Shown piece by piece: positions 11,851 to 24,935 of a DNA stretch of 64,000 nucleotides. Source of the stretch: Camelus ferus (lineage: Eukaryota). Position numbers and translations under genes: made by a program. The stretch is taken from positions 3,598,001 through 3,662,000 of the forward strand of contig NC_045697.1 in NCBI RefSeq assembly GCF_009834535.1, written 5' to 3'. Below the pieces are notes generated by a model. That model saw only the letters and a program-made list of their open reading frames with translations, had not been told where the DNA came from and did not search any database. Every line of letters starts with the position of its first letter. Positions within the stretch are counted from its first letter, which is position 1.

Positions 11851-14819
11851 CACCCCCGCTCTCTGCTTCGCGCCTGCCCCTGCGGCCGGCTGGGCTGAAG
11901 TTCCGTCCTCCTCCCCGGTGTTTATGGAGCTGCTGTCAACACCCACCCTCGGCGTTTCCCTCCCAGCGAGGAGAGGGCAAAAACAATGAACAGCTCAGCG
12001 CAGGGAAAGGGATCCGGCAGAGGCTGGGGGAGCAGCAGCTGAGGCCGGGCTCCGAGACCCAGTCCTGCTCCCCAGTGCGGCCGGCGCGGCCTGCGTGGCC
12101 GGGGCAGGCACTTCACCCCTGGGCCTCTGTCTGCTCACCTACAGCACAGTACCCACGGGAGGCATTTGAGAGGATGCACGGGAAGTTGTGCACGTCAAGG
12201 GGGCTGGTTTGCTTCTTTTCTGGATGAATTACTTATGGAAAGGACTTCCAGGCTTCTTGGAAGTGAAGAAGAGGAGAGTCATGCATGGAATCTTCCGGAA
12301 CCCCCTCCCAGGACCTGTGAGCGCCTTCCAGCACAGCGCTGTCTTTGTCTGGCTCTGAGAGCAGAGGGGGCCAGGAAAGACGGGGGCTGCATGGCGAAAC
12401 GGCCTTGGACTTGGACTTGATCAGCAAGCTGCTCTACCCCTTTCTGGGAAACTTTAGTCTGGCCCTGAGACTTTCCGCAGCCTGTTCCCCCAAAACAAAG
12501 CAGGCCCCCGAGAACTGGACTGTCTCAGGAAGCCCAGGAGTTGGCCAATGTGCCCTTTCAGACTCCCCCAGGCACCAAAATGGCCCTGACCCCCGGGGGT
12601 GGGGGTCAGACAGACCCCTTCTTTGTCAAAAACAGCCTCTTGGTGCTGAGCATTGTAAAGGCCACTCAGCCCAGCCCCCACTGCATCTTAGGTGTCCCTA
12701 CAGGCTCTCCCACCCACTGTCCCGCTGTCCTACTGACCTGACATCCATCCCTGGTTGCCTGCCACTGTGTGTGCTCCCCTCCAGGAACCAGGCCACCCCT
12801 GGCCTCCGAGCAGCTCTGCATGTTGTCCTGAGCAGAGATCTGTCTGCAGGAATTACCCCCAACTGGCCCCCCACCAGCACAGAACCCGTCTGTCCCCTTT
12901 TCCCCAGAACAAGCTTCTGGGAACCGAGGGCCACTCCCATGCATATCCCCAGCCCCGGGAGCCCTCCCTCCTGTGATGTGGGAGCCCCAGTCCTCAGAGT
13001 GTTTCTCAGGCAACAGTGTCATCGCCCCCATCCTGTCCCTCTGTTCTGATTCTGCTCTACCCCAAATACATCATCCTCAGAACAGAACACAGTGGTCATG
13101 GCTGGTCCCTGTGCCCTTGTACTCTGATCCCTGCACAGGACCAGAGGCACCTCCTTCCCACCCCTTCCCCTGCACTCTGCCTCAGAGCCAGCCCACCTCT
13201 TGTCCACCCACCCCAGAAACTCGAACTGCGGCCCTCACTGGAGATGCCCCCCCCCCCTCCCCCTCCAGACAAGCCATCCTGGCATTTTCCTCCATCCACA
13301 GCTGCTGATAGCAGTGGGTGCCCCTGCGCTGGAGCCCACAGCGCCGGGCACGCAGCCCTGCCCTGCCCCGACGTGCATCCCGCTCCCCCAGTACTGCACC
13401 TGCTCCCTGCCTGACGAGCAACCAGCTGGCTAATTGATGAATAATGCCGTTAACACTCGATGCTGGCGGGCCTGGAGCAGGGAACCAGGGACCCAGCCAC
13501 CAGCCTCTCTTCACTCCTAGGCACACTTGGGAATGTGAGTCACTGTGGGGAGTGACCACAGAAGGGAGGGACTGAAGTGGCCCTGAGAGACCCTGCACCG
13601 GGCCCTCTGCCTTCCAGCAACAGGGGTACAAGCTTGAGCATGCAGGCCAGTGGGGTCTTCCTCTTCCTCATCTGTCACACGACAGCCTCCAGCTGGACTC
13701 CCTGCCTCCAGACTCCCCTTCTGTCCTCCTCTGTACCGTTTACCAGCGAACTGAACAGTCCACAATCCTCACCCAGCTTGTGGCACCCTCCAAAGGACCG
13801 ACTGGATCAGGCACATCCTGCTTAAATTCATTCCAGGCCTCCCATTGCCCCAGGACGAAGGAGGGACTTCCTGATCGAGCACTTGAAACCCCTGGCACCT
13901 AGATGGCTGAAGAGGCACTGAGATTCCAGTCCCACAGACCCTCAGTTTCCGGAACAGTTTGTGGGGCACCAAGGCCACCCTCGATGCTGAGATGAACTCT
14001 CCCTTCAGAAAGTCTCACTGAACTCGGCAGTGGCACTAGGTCACCCCAGCCTAGATTAAAAAACAAAGAAAGAACAAGGAGGGGCCAAGAGGATCTGGCT
14101 GCATCTAGGATGACGCCCTTTCACACCCAACGCATTTCGAGGACCAACAGGAGGCGCTGAGGAATCTGGGAACAACAAAAAGTGACGAGACAGGTTTTCT
14201 TTTTAGGAGAAGAAGTGGAGAAAGTATAAAAGAAACAAGCACGAAAGACATCATTGTCACCAACAGGTAAGATGCATGAGTCACTCCCCGAGCCCTTGAA
14301 ACCTGAGTTCCCGACACAATTAAAAAGTCCCCGAGGTTACTTAATGAAGGTGGTGTTGCCTCATTGGTCTGGATATTGCGTGTCCCTGGGGAACGCGCCC
14401 CCAGTGGGGTCACTGTCTTCCCCTGACCCTGCACCGGCTTCTTTTTGAAAAGATCCTTCAGGGCACTCATTTTGGAAAATCAAATTAGATTCGCTTTTTA
14501 TTACACCATCTGAGCTCTGTTCTGCACACGTGGAGGAGGGCCTGGAGCACGTGCCGCGTTAACATTCCATCGTGAACGCGGCACCCCAGGCCCACGGACA
14601 CCTCGGCCACAGAGATTTAGAGGTGAAACCGCTGCCGGCTGAGGCCCTCACACAGCCAGGGGCACACAAAACTAAGCTATTAATGCCCCATTAGGGAAAC
14701 TCCGAAGCGCTAACCAGATGATGCTCTTATGTTTACTGACACCATAAAATGCTGTTTGATATCCTTATTACAGGGTCTGAAAGGAGACACACATGTACAC
14801 ACACACCACACACGCAGGT

Positions 14820-15350
14820 CGGCTGCCTGCTGTGTGGCAGCCAGTATTCTAGAAGCTGGGGGTACGACAGTGGACAAACAGGATGGAGGAGCTTTCGTCT
14901 TCTGGGGGAGACAGACAGTAAGTAAGTAAGCAGGATATGGTTATATCCAACTGGTAAATGTCATGGAGAAAAACCGAATGGAGGAGGGACACAGGGCACG
15001 TGGCGTGGGCCCTGGGTTCACTTCTATATGAGGAGGTCAAGGAGGCCTTGATGAGAAGTGATGATGCCTGGGCAATGCCTGGAGGTGGGGGTAGGGGTGT
15101 GCAGAGAGCTGGGCAGACACTTGGCTGCAGGAAGGGCGTCTGGGTGGAGGAAATGGCAAGTGCAAAGGCCCTGAGGCAGGAGTGAGCTTAGCAGGAGGTC
15201 CATGCTGGAGCAAGTTTTAATTGGAGATGAAGCAGGGGGAAGAGGTGGGTGTAGATCCCGGGGGCCTGGTAATGAGCTTGGCTTTTCTGGGTGAGATGAG
15301 AACACAGTCTTTTCTACAGCAACGTGGAGGCTCTTTGGTGGCAGGGACCA
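14820..15350 (-). mobile_element. L2 LINE fragment
   Basis: gcctgctgtgtggcagcc..ttctagaagctggggg ... gtcaaggaggcctt ... caagtgcaaaggccctgaggcaggag. Confidence 0.7.
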
Positions 15351-16224
15351 CAACTGACTCATTCTGCAGCTGGCGGCCTTGCAAATGCTGCCCCATAAAT
15401 CCTAGGGACAGGAGATGGTGCCTGCAACAGGGGCCCAGGGACAAGACCAGAGACAAGAAATGGTGAGCAAAACGCCACGGAATTAAGCCCTGAGCCAGGA
15501 AAGAGGGTCTACAGGTGTAGACAGTTGGTCCACCTGCCCACCTCCTGTGCTGCCTGTGGGTCCCAGAGGCCACTGCAGGGGAGACAGGGGAGGCCAGCGA
15601 GGGAAGGAGGGGAGAGGGACCACGGCACTGACATGGCGCTGTGTCCGTCGGACTGGCCCAAGCAGGAATCTGCAGTAGAAAGGACCCGAGGTGTTAACCA
15701 CATCCTTCCAGGTCAGCGAGAATGCAATCCAGAAACACGCCCGGTGACAAGCCATTTGGGAGGTCGGCACAGCTAACAGGAAGAGGACGGAAGTGGCCCA
15801 TTTTCACCTCATTTGGGTGATTTCAGGAAACACTCTCCTCAGGCCCCCAAGGATTGATAACACTCAAACGGGGCAATGGAGGCAGCGGGGAGGATTTCGG
15901 CCAGCCCCGGGTCTCGGGCGGCAGTGAGGGAGAGGGGGCGGGCGAGCTCTGTCCACGGGGCTCCCAGGCCAGGCCAGCCTGCATCACTGCCATGGCCAGG
16001 ACCACAGCCCGGTGTCAGCCTGGCCCCACCGAGCCCCAGACTCAGCCCTCTGGTACACAGAAACCAGCTTCGGAGCAGCCTGTGTGATACCGTGTGATAA
16101 CCCATTTATTCATTTGTGCATTCGTCTCACAAGTGTGCGAGCAGCCCCATCAACACAGCCCTCGTCACCCCAAATGTGTGTTGAGGGTGGTGGGTTGGCA
16201 CTGGCTCCCAACTGCCACACGAGG

Positions 16225-16330
16225 CAGACACCGTGAGGGCAGGGCGTTCTCTGTCTGATCACCGCTGCTGTATCTTGGATGCCTGGCACATAGTAGGTGC
16301 TAAACAAGTATCTGTGGAATGAGTGAATGA
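16225..16330 (+). mobile_element. L2 3' terminus
   Basis: tgcctggcacatagtaggtgctaaacaagtatctgtggaatgagtgaatga is the canonical L2 end. Confidence 0.8.
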
Positions 16331-16642
16331 AGGGAGTGAGAGGGCACTGAAGGCCAAGTTCCAGGCTCTGTTGTAGGACCCAGAGGTGAGCCAGACTGGT
16401 CCTGCCCCGGAAAAGAGCCCCCACTTCTGCCCAGGATGCTTCTTGCTCCATCCCTTGAAGAGAACCCGCTCCTCCATTTGGTCATCCCACTGCTGGGCCG
16501 CTTCCTCCAGGAAGCTCTCCAGGAGTGACTGTGCTCTCGCAGCTCCTTCACTACAAGAATCCAGCTCAGTTCCTGATCAGCCCGCTTGTCGGTGGTTCTG
16601 AAGGATGGGGCAGCGCCCTTCCCATCTCCCAGGCAACAGGGC

Positions 16643-16656
16643 CCAGCAGAGGGCAG
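16643..16656 (+). promoter_or_regulatory. Candidate CTCF site (motif only)
   Basis: CCAGCAGAGGGCAG fits the core consensus CCASYAGRKGGCRS with no mismatch. Confidence 0.4.
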
Positions 16657-19600
16657 GTCATTCTCTCTTGGCCCAAATCTGCCAGACTTTAGTTGGCTTA
16701 TCAGCTTCCAATGAGAAAAGCCGGTTCCATCAGACACTGACTCCTGCTCTCCTAGCTCAGAGGGGCCTCTAGAATCCACCTTGCTGCCCCAGCCCTATAC
16801 TCCTGCCTCAGCTCAGAGGGCGGCCACAGTCAGGGCAGGGTGGGTGTCTGGGGACTCTGGGGGAAGGACGAGTCAAGGTCAAGGTCCTCTGGCTCGAGGG
16901 CCTGGCTGGGTGGTGAGATGGGGTCACGGAAGGCTCAGGGGCGGGTGTGCCGAGCTGGAGCCGAGGCAGCTGGACACACCCATGGGGCCCCAGGGGATGA
17001 GATGGAGTGCTGGTGTCAGGGGTGCCCGGAGCAGAAGCCCTGGGCCACGGGGTTCCCGACTCCCGTTTTCAGATGATTAGACAACGGGGGCTGTCCAAGG
17101 CCCTCAGCGCCTTTCCCATGTACCTTTAAGAGGAACCAACCCCAGAAATCAGCCAAGCAGAGAGTTCCCCAGGACCTAACCCGCTCTCACTTCACAGAGT
17201 GCGGGTGCCTTTGCCCCGGTTCTAAAGGAAGGGAAATGGCGTCTCCAGCTGTTCTTTGATGTTCCAGGCCAGATGGTCTCAGAGATTTACCCACACCGAA
17301 AGGAATTCAGCCTTGCTCAGAGGGAGAGGCGATCTGCGGGGAACATCTCTACAGGAAAATGAGCAGCAACTGGGGTCCACAGCCGCTCAGTGGGCCGCGC
17401 CTGATGGCAACACTGATGGCTCATTATAGAGTCCAGCCCGCCAGCCACTCAGACGCACCGCACTCAGCTCACAGCCCGGCCCCCACCTCACAGGGTTCCC
17501 AGCTGCCAGGGCAGCCCCCACCCCCGCCAGGCCGCCCACTTTGTCTGCAAAGTCCCTATTCATCCCTGAAAACCAAACCCAAACCGGAGTGAATACCCCA
17601 CTGCAGGGTTTATTCCTCCTGCTCTCTTGTCTGCTTATGGCCCTCACTGACTCACCACCGTTGGGCTTTTTGTGTTGAGCTGGGGGCTGGGGGATGGGAG
17701 GGGTGGCAGGGCCCAGGGGGCCCTTTGTGAGGCCTCCCGCTAATGCCCCACTAATCTCGCAATTTGCACAACTCGCAGTGCTGGGTCACTTTTCATGATC
17801 TTCCCACCAGCCCCATCCCAGAGGACAAACATTTGTGTAAAGGGAGGCCGGTTTCAGAAGCCATATCTGTGGCCCAATCCTTCCGGAGCCTCCACGGCAG
17901 GGCGCTGGACACAGTGCAGGGATCCAAACAGCATGGAGAGTCAGAGCCAGGGCCCAAGCAGCTCCAGGTCACAAACGTTTCCTTCCAGCCCCTTCTCGGT
18001 CTTTGGTTAATGAAGACACGGATCTCATTCCCTAACCCCCCAGCAGGTCCACCTCCTTCCTCCCTCCCTTCCCAACGGCACGGCAGGTACTGAGACTGGA
18101 AATCAGACCAGCCAGCCCTCTCCCTCCACCTCTGAGCTTCGTAACTGCCAGTGGCGCTGAGAAACACGCCATCCACCACGAAATCAGCTCCAACATGCCG
18201 CAGGCTTCCGGGCTGGTGAGGCTGCCCCTGGTCTGGGCGGCTGACTCCTCAGGGAGCTGGCGAAGGCTCTGGCTACCCTCCCCAGAGAAGTGTGCACTCT
18301 TGCCCACGATTTCCAGGCATCCTGAAAACTCACCCCCGAAGCCAGATAAAGACCCCAGGAGAGACGAGCCTGACCCTCTGCCCTCCCATGATTCCCTTCC
18401 CAGTATCCCCAGCCTTCCTCATGCACCCCTGCTGGGCTCCTCTGTGCCTGGAACTCCCTCCTGCCTCCCCCTAACACGTGCACTACCCAGGATTTGAGGA
18501 TACCCAAATGCCCCCAACCTGCCCCTTGCTCTCCCAGCCACAGCCCCGTCCTAGACCCCGAGTGGCCTGGCATACATCCGCGTGCACACCGGCGTGGCCC
18601 TCCCAGCTCTGTTCCCCTTTGCACCCCACCCCTCCGTAGCCTCCCTCAGCCAGACCTCAGGCTTTGGGGGCACACACTGGCCGCACAGCCCACTCTGGGA
18701 GGGCAGACCCAGAGAACAGGTTTCTCAGGCCCTGGAAGCAAGTTCAGGCTATCCAGGCACAGAATCACAGGGTTCCAAGAATCCCAGATGTGGATGAAAG
18801 AGGGACACCAGCTCCAGGGGGCTCATTCTCTCGGCCCCACAGACTCTCTGGCCCTTGGAGAGGCCATGACCCGAGGGAAGGCAGAGAGGCCCCTCTGAAG
18901 AGAGGGGCCGGGTAGGGCTCCGCCAAGCAGCACTGGGGGTCCCAAGGTGGTTCTTTAGACTGGGCCCAAGCCTGGGGCTGGCCCTGCTCCTGGAGTCACA
19001 GAACACCTCTAACTCTCCCTCCTCCATAACTCTTCTGTCGCTGGGTTTGAAACACAAATTCTAACCCTCCGGAAGCGTCAGACAAGGACCTGGGGATATG
19101 GGCCCACGAACACCAGAACCAGAAGGGAACTTACTCAGCCAGGGGCAGCGGCTGGCCCAGGGCCGCTGGGGGCCATGGGGGGGCCTCTGGGGGCAGCAGG
19201 AGCGGAGTCGGGCTCCCTACTCCCCAGCCAGCGCTCCCACCCAGAATGTCCCCGGCGAGAACAAATACAAAAGTGGCATTCATGCAGGGACAGGGCCGCA
19301 GCCCGATGGCGAGAGAGGCGGAGGGCAGCCTGCTTCTTCCAGCCCCATTCACTCCCTCCTCAGCCCCTGAGCACAGGGGCCAGGCTGGGGGGCATGGAGG
19401 TGACTCAGACAGGGCCTCCACCTCCAGGAAGCGGGGGCATGTAGGAGGAACCACTGCCCTCTCCACCAGGCACAGCGCGGAGGCCCAGAGAGGGAGCCCA
19501 CAGGCGCCCGGGGAGGTGGGGAGGATGCCCTAGAGAGGGAGAGAGGTCAGCTGAGTCCGGACTGCAGAAGACAGTGGGGCAGGGGTGCCCCAGACGGTCA

Positions 19601-19909
19601 GCTGCACATGTCAGTCCAGAGCCTGGAAGATGCTGACATCTAGGGAAGCAGTGGCCACACAGGTGGTTCTGGGCATCTCAGACGCCAGGCCAGGCATGTG
19701 GACTTTACCCAGTGGTGCCCAAGAAGTGGAGGCACCCCTGCCCCACCTGCCCTCAACAGACTGAGGCTGCTGAGTGATGGAGGAGGCCCCTGTGAGCACA
19801 CACAGTGTCTGGCACACAGAGCAGGGATTCCGCCTTCTAGAGACATTTTGCTGATTTCTGCTGCTGACCTGCAGGAGAGAGCCTGGCCTGGTCTGGTGTT
19901 CGCCAATAT

Positions 19910-20030
19910 TAACGTAATCACCCCTCCCCACAGCCCGAGTGGCTGTGATACTGTGGTTCCCATTTGACAGGTGGGGAAACTGAGGCTCAGAGAGATCTGG
20001 TCACCTGCGCAAGGTCCACGCTTCTCCAGT
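19910..20030 (-). mobile_element. MIR SINE
   Basis: cccatttgacaggtggggaaactgaggctcagagagatctggtcacctgcgcaaggtc. Confidence 0.8.
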
Positions 20031-21123
20031 GCAGAGGGTCCTTGGGAGTGAAAGAGAGGGGGCGACTTGGGGTCCCAAGGCTCAGCGCTATCACCATCAG
20101 AGGGAAAACGGCGTCCTCCCGAAGCTAAGAGACTTCCGGCTCCTGGAGGCTGTGAGAGCTTGGGGCTTCGGTGGGGTTTCCTGGGTGCCCAGGGAGACGG
20201 GGTACCAGGCGCAGGAGCTCACACCCGGGATTAGCCCAGGGGCAGCCAGTACGTGTCAATGCAGCCGCAGCACTGGACACTAGGTTTCAATTCCCCTGTG
20301 CAGATACCAAGGGGCTGACCGTCCATCCCTGTGGGGACTGGACCTGGGCTGACCTCACGGGAGGCCCTGGGACCTGCTTCCTGTCTGCAAGACAGAACTG
20401 CACTGGCCACGGGAGGGTTGTCATCTTTGCCTTAAAGTGTCATAATGGAGCACCTGCCAGGTGCTGGGCACCTTGCACCCCCCATCCAGGCAGCCCCAGC
20501 ACAGCCTGGCTGGGGAGGTGCTAGGAGGCCCATTTGGCAGGGGAGGAAACCGAAGCTGGGTCCGAGGAGGTGTTCACTTGAACAGGGAGGGGGTGGGGGG
20601 CACATGCAACGCTGGGCTCGCCCCACCCCCAACCCCCACAGACCCAACAACAAACGAGGACTACGGTATCGGCCTGTCCACACGCACGGAGTGGGGCTGC
20701 TCTCCAGCACCCTGACGTGTGGGACCCAGCAGCCGAGTCCAGTCCAGCCCCTGCCAACACGTCCCTCCCGCAGATCCCTGACCAACGGCTCGGGGCCCTG
20801 CTGACCAACCCTCCCCCCGACCGCCATGGCTGGACGGCTCGGACTCCACTGGGCATCCTGCCGTGGGCGGCCCTGGGCTCCACTCCCGTCACTCCACCCC
20901 CACTGCCAAGGCAACGTGGCGCCCGGCCAGGGGCTCTTCATCCTCAGACAAAGCCCTGGAGCAAACCACCCGGCTGGCTGCCCCAGCTCAGGTTGCCGCC
21001 CGCAGTGGCCCGGCTGGGAGTCTGATTATTCATGGAAATCAGGCCTCCACCATGTTCCTTGGGCTTCGCTGGGGCTGGATTCACAATCGCCTCTTTGTGT
21101 GGGCGGCCAGAATGGTGTCTCTG

Positions 21124-21290
21124 GAGGGGAAGGAGGAGAGAGGGAGGGTAGGGAGGGAGGGGGAGGGGAGGAGGAGGGGGAGAGACCAGGGAAAGGAGGG
21201 GGAGGGGAGGAGAGGAATGGGGAGAGAGAAGGGAGGTGGGGGAAGAAGGGCCGGGGGGATGAGGGAAATGGAGGACGGAGAGGGAGGAGC
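21124..21290 (+). repeat. Polypurine (G/A-rich) low-complexity tract
   Basis: Almost entirely G/A over about 165 bp. Confidence 0.9.
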
Positions 21291-22599
21291 CAGCTGGGAG
21301 CAGTAGATACTGCTTGGGCCCAGGGGGTAGAAAAGACTCCCCCCAGAGTCCCAGAGCCCTGCACCCACAGCACCACCGGGGGGGGGGGGTGATGTGCTCC
21401 CTGAAAAGGTGCTCCCGGCACACCTCGCTGACGACCCGAAGGTCTCCACGCCCCTCCCCGAAGGTCTCGGGGGGACATCCCGGGGTCTCCATCCTGGGGG
21501 GCAGAGGGTGGAGGGAGACCTGATTCTGGCCCCCTTGGGGTTTATGTGCAGACAACATGGTCCAGGACGGCTCAGCAGTTAAGGACCAAAACAACCCCCA
21601 TTCGTCCAGCATCCGACAGCCAGGAAGCCCAAACCCCCAGGGTAGTCTTAGAGGATAAGTAACAAAGAAGCGGGATAAGCATTTTTTTTTTAAATGAACG
21701 TCTGGGAAACGAAGCTGAGTCAAGCCAGACAGCTCGCTGATAACATCTGTGACAGCTGCAGCTGAATTCGGAGACATTTCCATCCAGAAACCGTCAGCAG
21801 CCCCACGTTACCTACAGGAGAAAATCCAACCCTTCACCTTGGTGTGCGAGGCTGTGCAAGTCTGGTCCCGGCCCACCTCCTGCTTCATGCTCCCCCTCTC
21901 TCCACCCCCCAGCCCCAGCCTGGTTACTGCAGAGGACACGCAGGTCTCGAATTTGCTCCTCCACACACACTCCCACACAGGCCTTTGCTCCAGATCTTCC
22001 CTGTACAAGAAACCCACCCCAAATCTGCCCACACAGGTCCTCCTGCTCACCGCCTCCAAGAAGCCTCCCCAGATCACCCCTTCCCCACACCCCAACACCA
22101 CTCATTGTATCTCTCCGGTCACCACGTATCAGTGGCCTGTGTGTGTGCATGTGTGTGGTGCTCAGATCCTCTCAGTTGATGAGGATGTAAATGAACCACA
22201 GCCAGCCTTCCTCAACCGCTGCGTGGCTGTGACAAGAGCAGGCCTGGCGGGAAGGCCAGGAGCGTGTGAGAGACCATGAACAAAACAAAATGGACAATCA
22301 GCAGACATGATGAGAATACGCTGGCCGCGGCGTCTGGCAGGAAGGAAGATCCCAGGAGGCCAGGCCGTCCCAGGCGTCACCTGCTGGATGAGGCCTCAGC
22401 AAGTTTACACCAGCAGCTAAGGAGAGACACTTGTGTGAAATGAGCCACCCATCGAAGGAAGCCCTGCCATCCTTCTTGGCCAAAGGAAGCCCTGCCTCTC
22501 AATCTCGGTGACCATCCGGGGGCAGCGCTCACAGACCTGCTCCTGGCAGGAGGGGCGGCCTGCACAGCCTCGGAAATACTGGGCCACCTCCAGCAGCCT

Positions 22600-23070
22600 G
22601 GGTGAGACAGGGCCTTCCAAGGAGCAAGAGACAGGCTTTACACAGATCCCCAAAACGGTCACACCTGTGACAAATGGGTCCACTTCTAGGAATCTCTCCT
22701 AAGGAAGGAATCCTAAGTTCCAAAAATGGTATAGCCATCCTCATGGAGAACTAAAAATAATCAACAGCAGAGGAACAGTTGAATAAATTCACTCGATCGA
22801 AACTTAGGCCACTGTCAAAGTCAGTGTCTGCAAGGGCTGTGGAGGGACGTGGGGGATGCACCGAGCCAATGACAGTCGGGACACAAACGTGGGCAGTCAG
22901 GAAAGTCTCAACCCCCGGCTCCTAAAAGGAAAAGAGACTGGAAGGAAGTTCACCACAGATAACCCGTGCGTGGCAACCTGTGGGCAGTTACCATGGCAAC
23001 CGTCCTTCTTCCTGCTTTTCAGTATTTTCAAATGAGTACACATTATTTTTCTTTTTTTAATTAATAAGCA
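22600..23070 (+). mobile_element. Very old L1 (L1ME-type) 3' fragment
   Basis: ccacttctaggaatctctcctaaggaa, gttgaataaatt, aagagactggaaggaa, and an AT-rich tail. Confidence 0.55.
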
Positions 23071-24389
23071 TCTTCTAGATGAAAACATTCAGCACGCTGC
23101 CAATTTTCATGGCCGGAGTGGGCTCTCCGCCAACTTCATCTTCATTTACGGCACCCAGGGCCACTTTTCCAGGAAGAACTGGAGGTCGCCGGTCCAGTAG
23201 GACCACCCCACAGACCCCCAGCTCTGGCCAGCCCAGCAGGATGCAACTGGGTGGCAGACAGATGTCACCAAATTCTGCCAACCCTTCCTTTCATCAGTGG
23301 CCCAGTCCCCTCTCCCTTCATGAGCAGCGTGGGATGGTAACACAGAAAATCAACAGAGAACCCCAGACACACACAACCGTCTTCTCCTGCGTATCCTGAA
23401 GACACCGTGACCCCCCCCCCAGGTCTAGCTGGGTCCCCAGGAGTCTGTCTGTAACTGTGGCCCCCACAGCAGCCATCTTGGTGCTTCCTGTCTCCCAGCA
23501 CTTGGGCGCTGGAGTGACAGGTGATGCGGGAGACAGTGGCCCTGGTACACCTACTGTACCAGGTGCTCAGCTCGCCTGTCCCTGTGGGAGACGGGGACAC
23601 CTAGCGCACACCCGGCGTGAGGAAGCAGAGTCCTGGCACCGCTCTGCCCGCAAGGTTGATGCGGTTCTCCGGGCAAGTCCTGGCCTCGAGCGACATCCTC
23701 CCCAGGCCACACACCACCTCCCCATGCACTGCCTCCTGCCCCCTCCTCAGCCCTGTGGGACCAGTGCAGACGCATCCCCAACCTGGCCTTGGAGGCGTTT
23801 AGGGTTCAGTGACCAGTCCCACTCAAGTTACACAACCTTGGACACCTGGAGTGGCCTTCCTCTCGACACATCAGCCTCCTCGTATGTAAAGACAGAATTT
23901 ACACTGTGTTCTCTGGGCTCTGGTAGGACGCATGTACAAAGATGTGACGGTGATGGGAACAGCACCTGTGGCATCTCAGTCACCTTCCTTCGTTTCTCTA
24001 ACAGGCCAGTCCTTACTCCTCCCGGACTCAGCTCGCCGACCCGTTATGTTCACGCAGACGCATTGCCGCTGCCGGAGGAGAAACACTGGGCTGGACCCCC
24101 ACAAGGCTGAATCCTCAATCCCCACAGACTTTCCCCTCCCAGGAAGGGCATTGCTGTGCACCCGGGGTCCAGCCAGAATCCCGCAAGCTGTTCTGGAAGC
24201 CTCCTACCCCAAGATGCCCTCCAGGCCATCACCAGTCCCACAGCTTCTCCTGGTGGATTCTCTACCCGGCCTCCTCTCCCCAGACCCCCAGGCTCCGGGC
24301 TGGCCCCACCCCAGCCCTGGCTAGACAGCAGAGGCTACCTCACACCCAGGGCTCGGGCCTCCTCCCAGCTTCTACCTCACTGGTTCTGC

Positions 24390-24935
24390 ACCGGCAGCTG
24401 GAAGAATCTTACAGAAAACAAGGCTGATCATACGCCCGCCCAGCTGTTCAACCCTCTCCCTGCTTTTGCTTAAAACCCCTTTCACTGGCTACAGGGCCCT
24501 CATGCTCTGTACGCCCTTCTCCTGCCCCATCTGAGCCCCCAGCTCTGCTTCTGTTTGTGTCCCAACTGCCTCTGCCTTGAACAGTCATGCTCGTTCCCAC
24601 CTCAGGACCTTTGCACATGCTGTGCCCTCTGCCTGGAACACTCCTTCACATGCCGCTCACTCAGCCCTCTCCTATCTGTCCTCTGGATCTTTGCTAACAT
24701 GTCCCCTCCTCAGAGAGGCCTCCCGACCCCCAGGTGAAACTGTCCCAGCTACCTGCTCCTTTCCAGCAGTGCTCACGGTTGGTGTAATTAAATCACTAAC
24801 CGTGAAATTAGTTCTCTGATGTCAGTGTCCCCCGCTGGGCAGGGACCATGTCTGTCTTGTTTCTCAGTGTCTCCTCAGCACCACAGGGCTCAGAGCAGGC
24901 CCTCCACCTTCATGTGCTGAACGAACGAGTGAAGA
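24390..24935 (+). mobile_element. L2 LINE 3' fragment
   Basis: ttcccacctcaggacctttgcacatgctgtgccctctgcctggaacactc ... gggcagggaccatgtctgtcttg ... tgctgaacgaacgagtgaa. Confidence 0.8.

Noticed and set aside
20944..21783. Longest ORF (279 aa, - strand)
   Set aside because: It stays open because it crosses the stop-free polypyrimidine/polypurine tract. The product is low-complexity.
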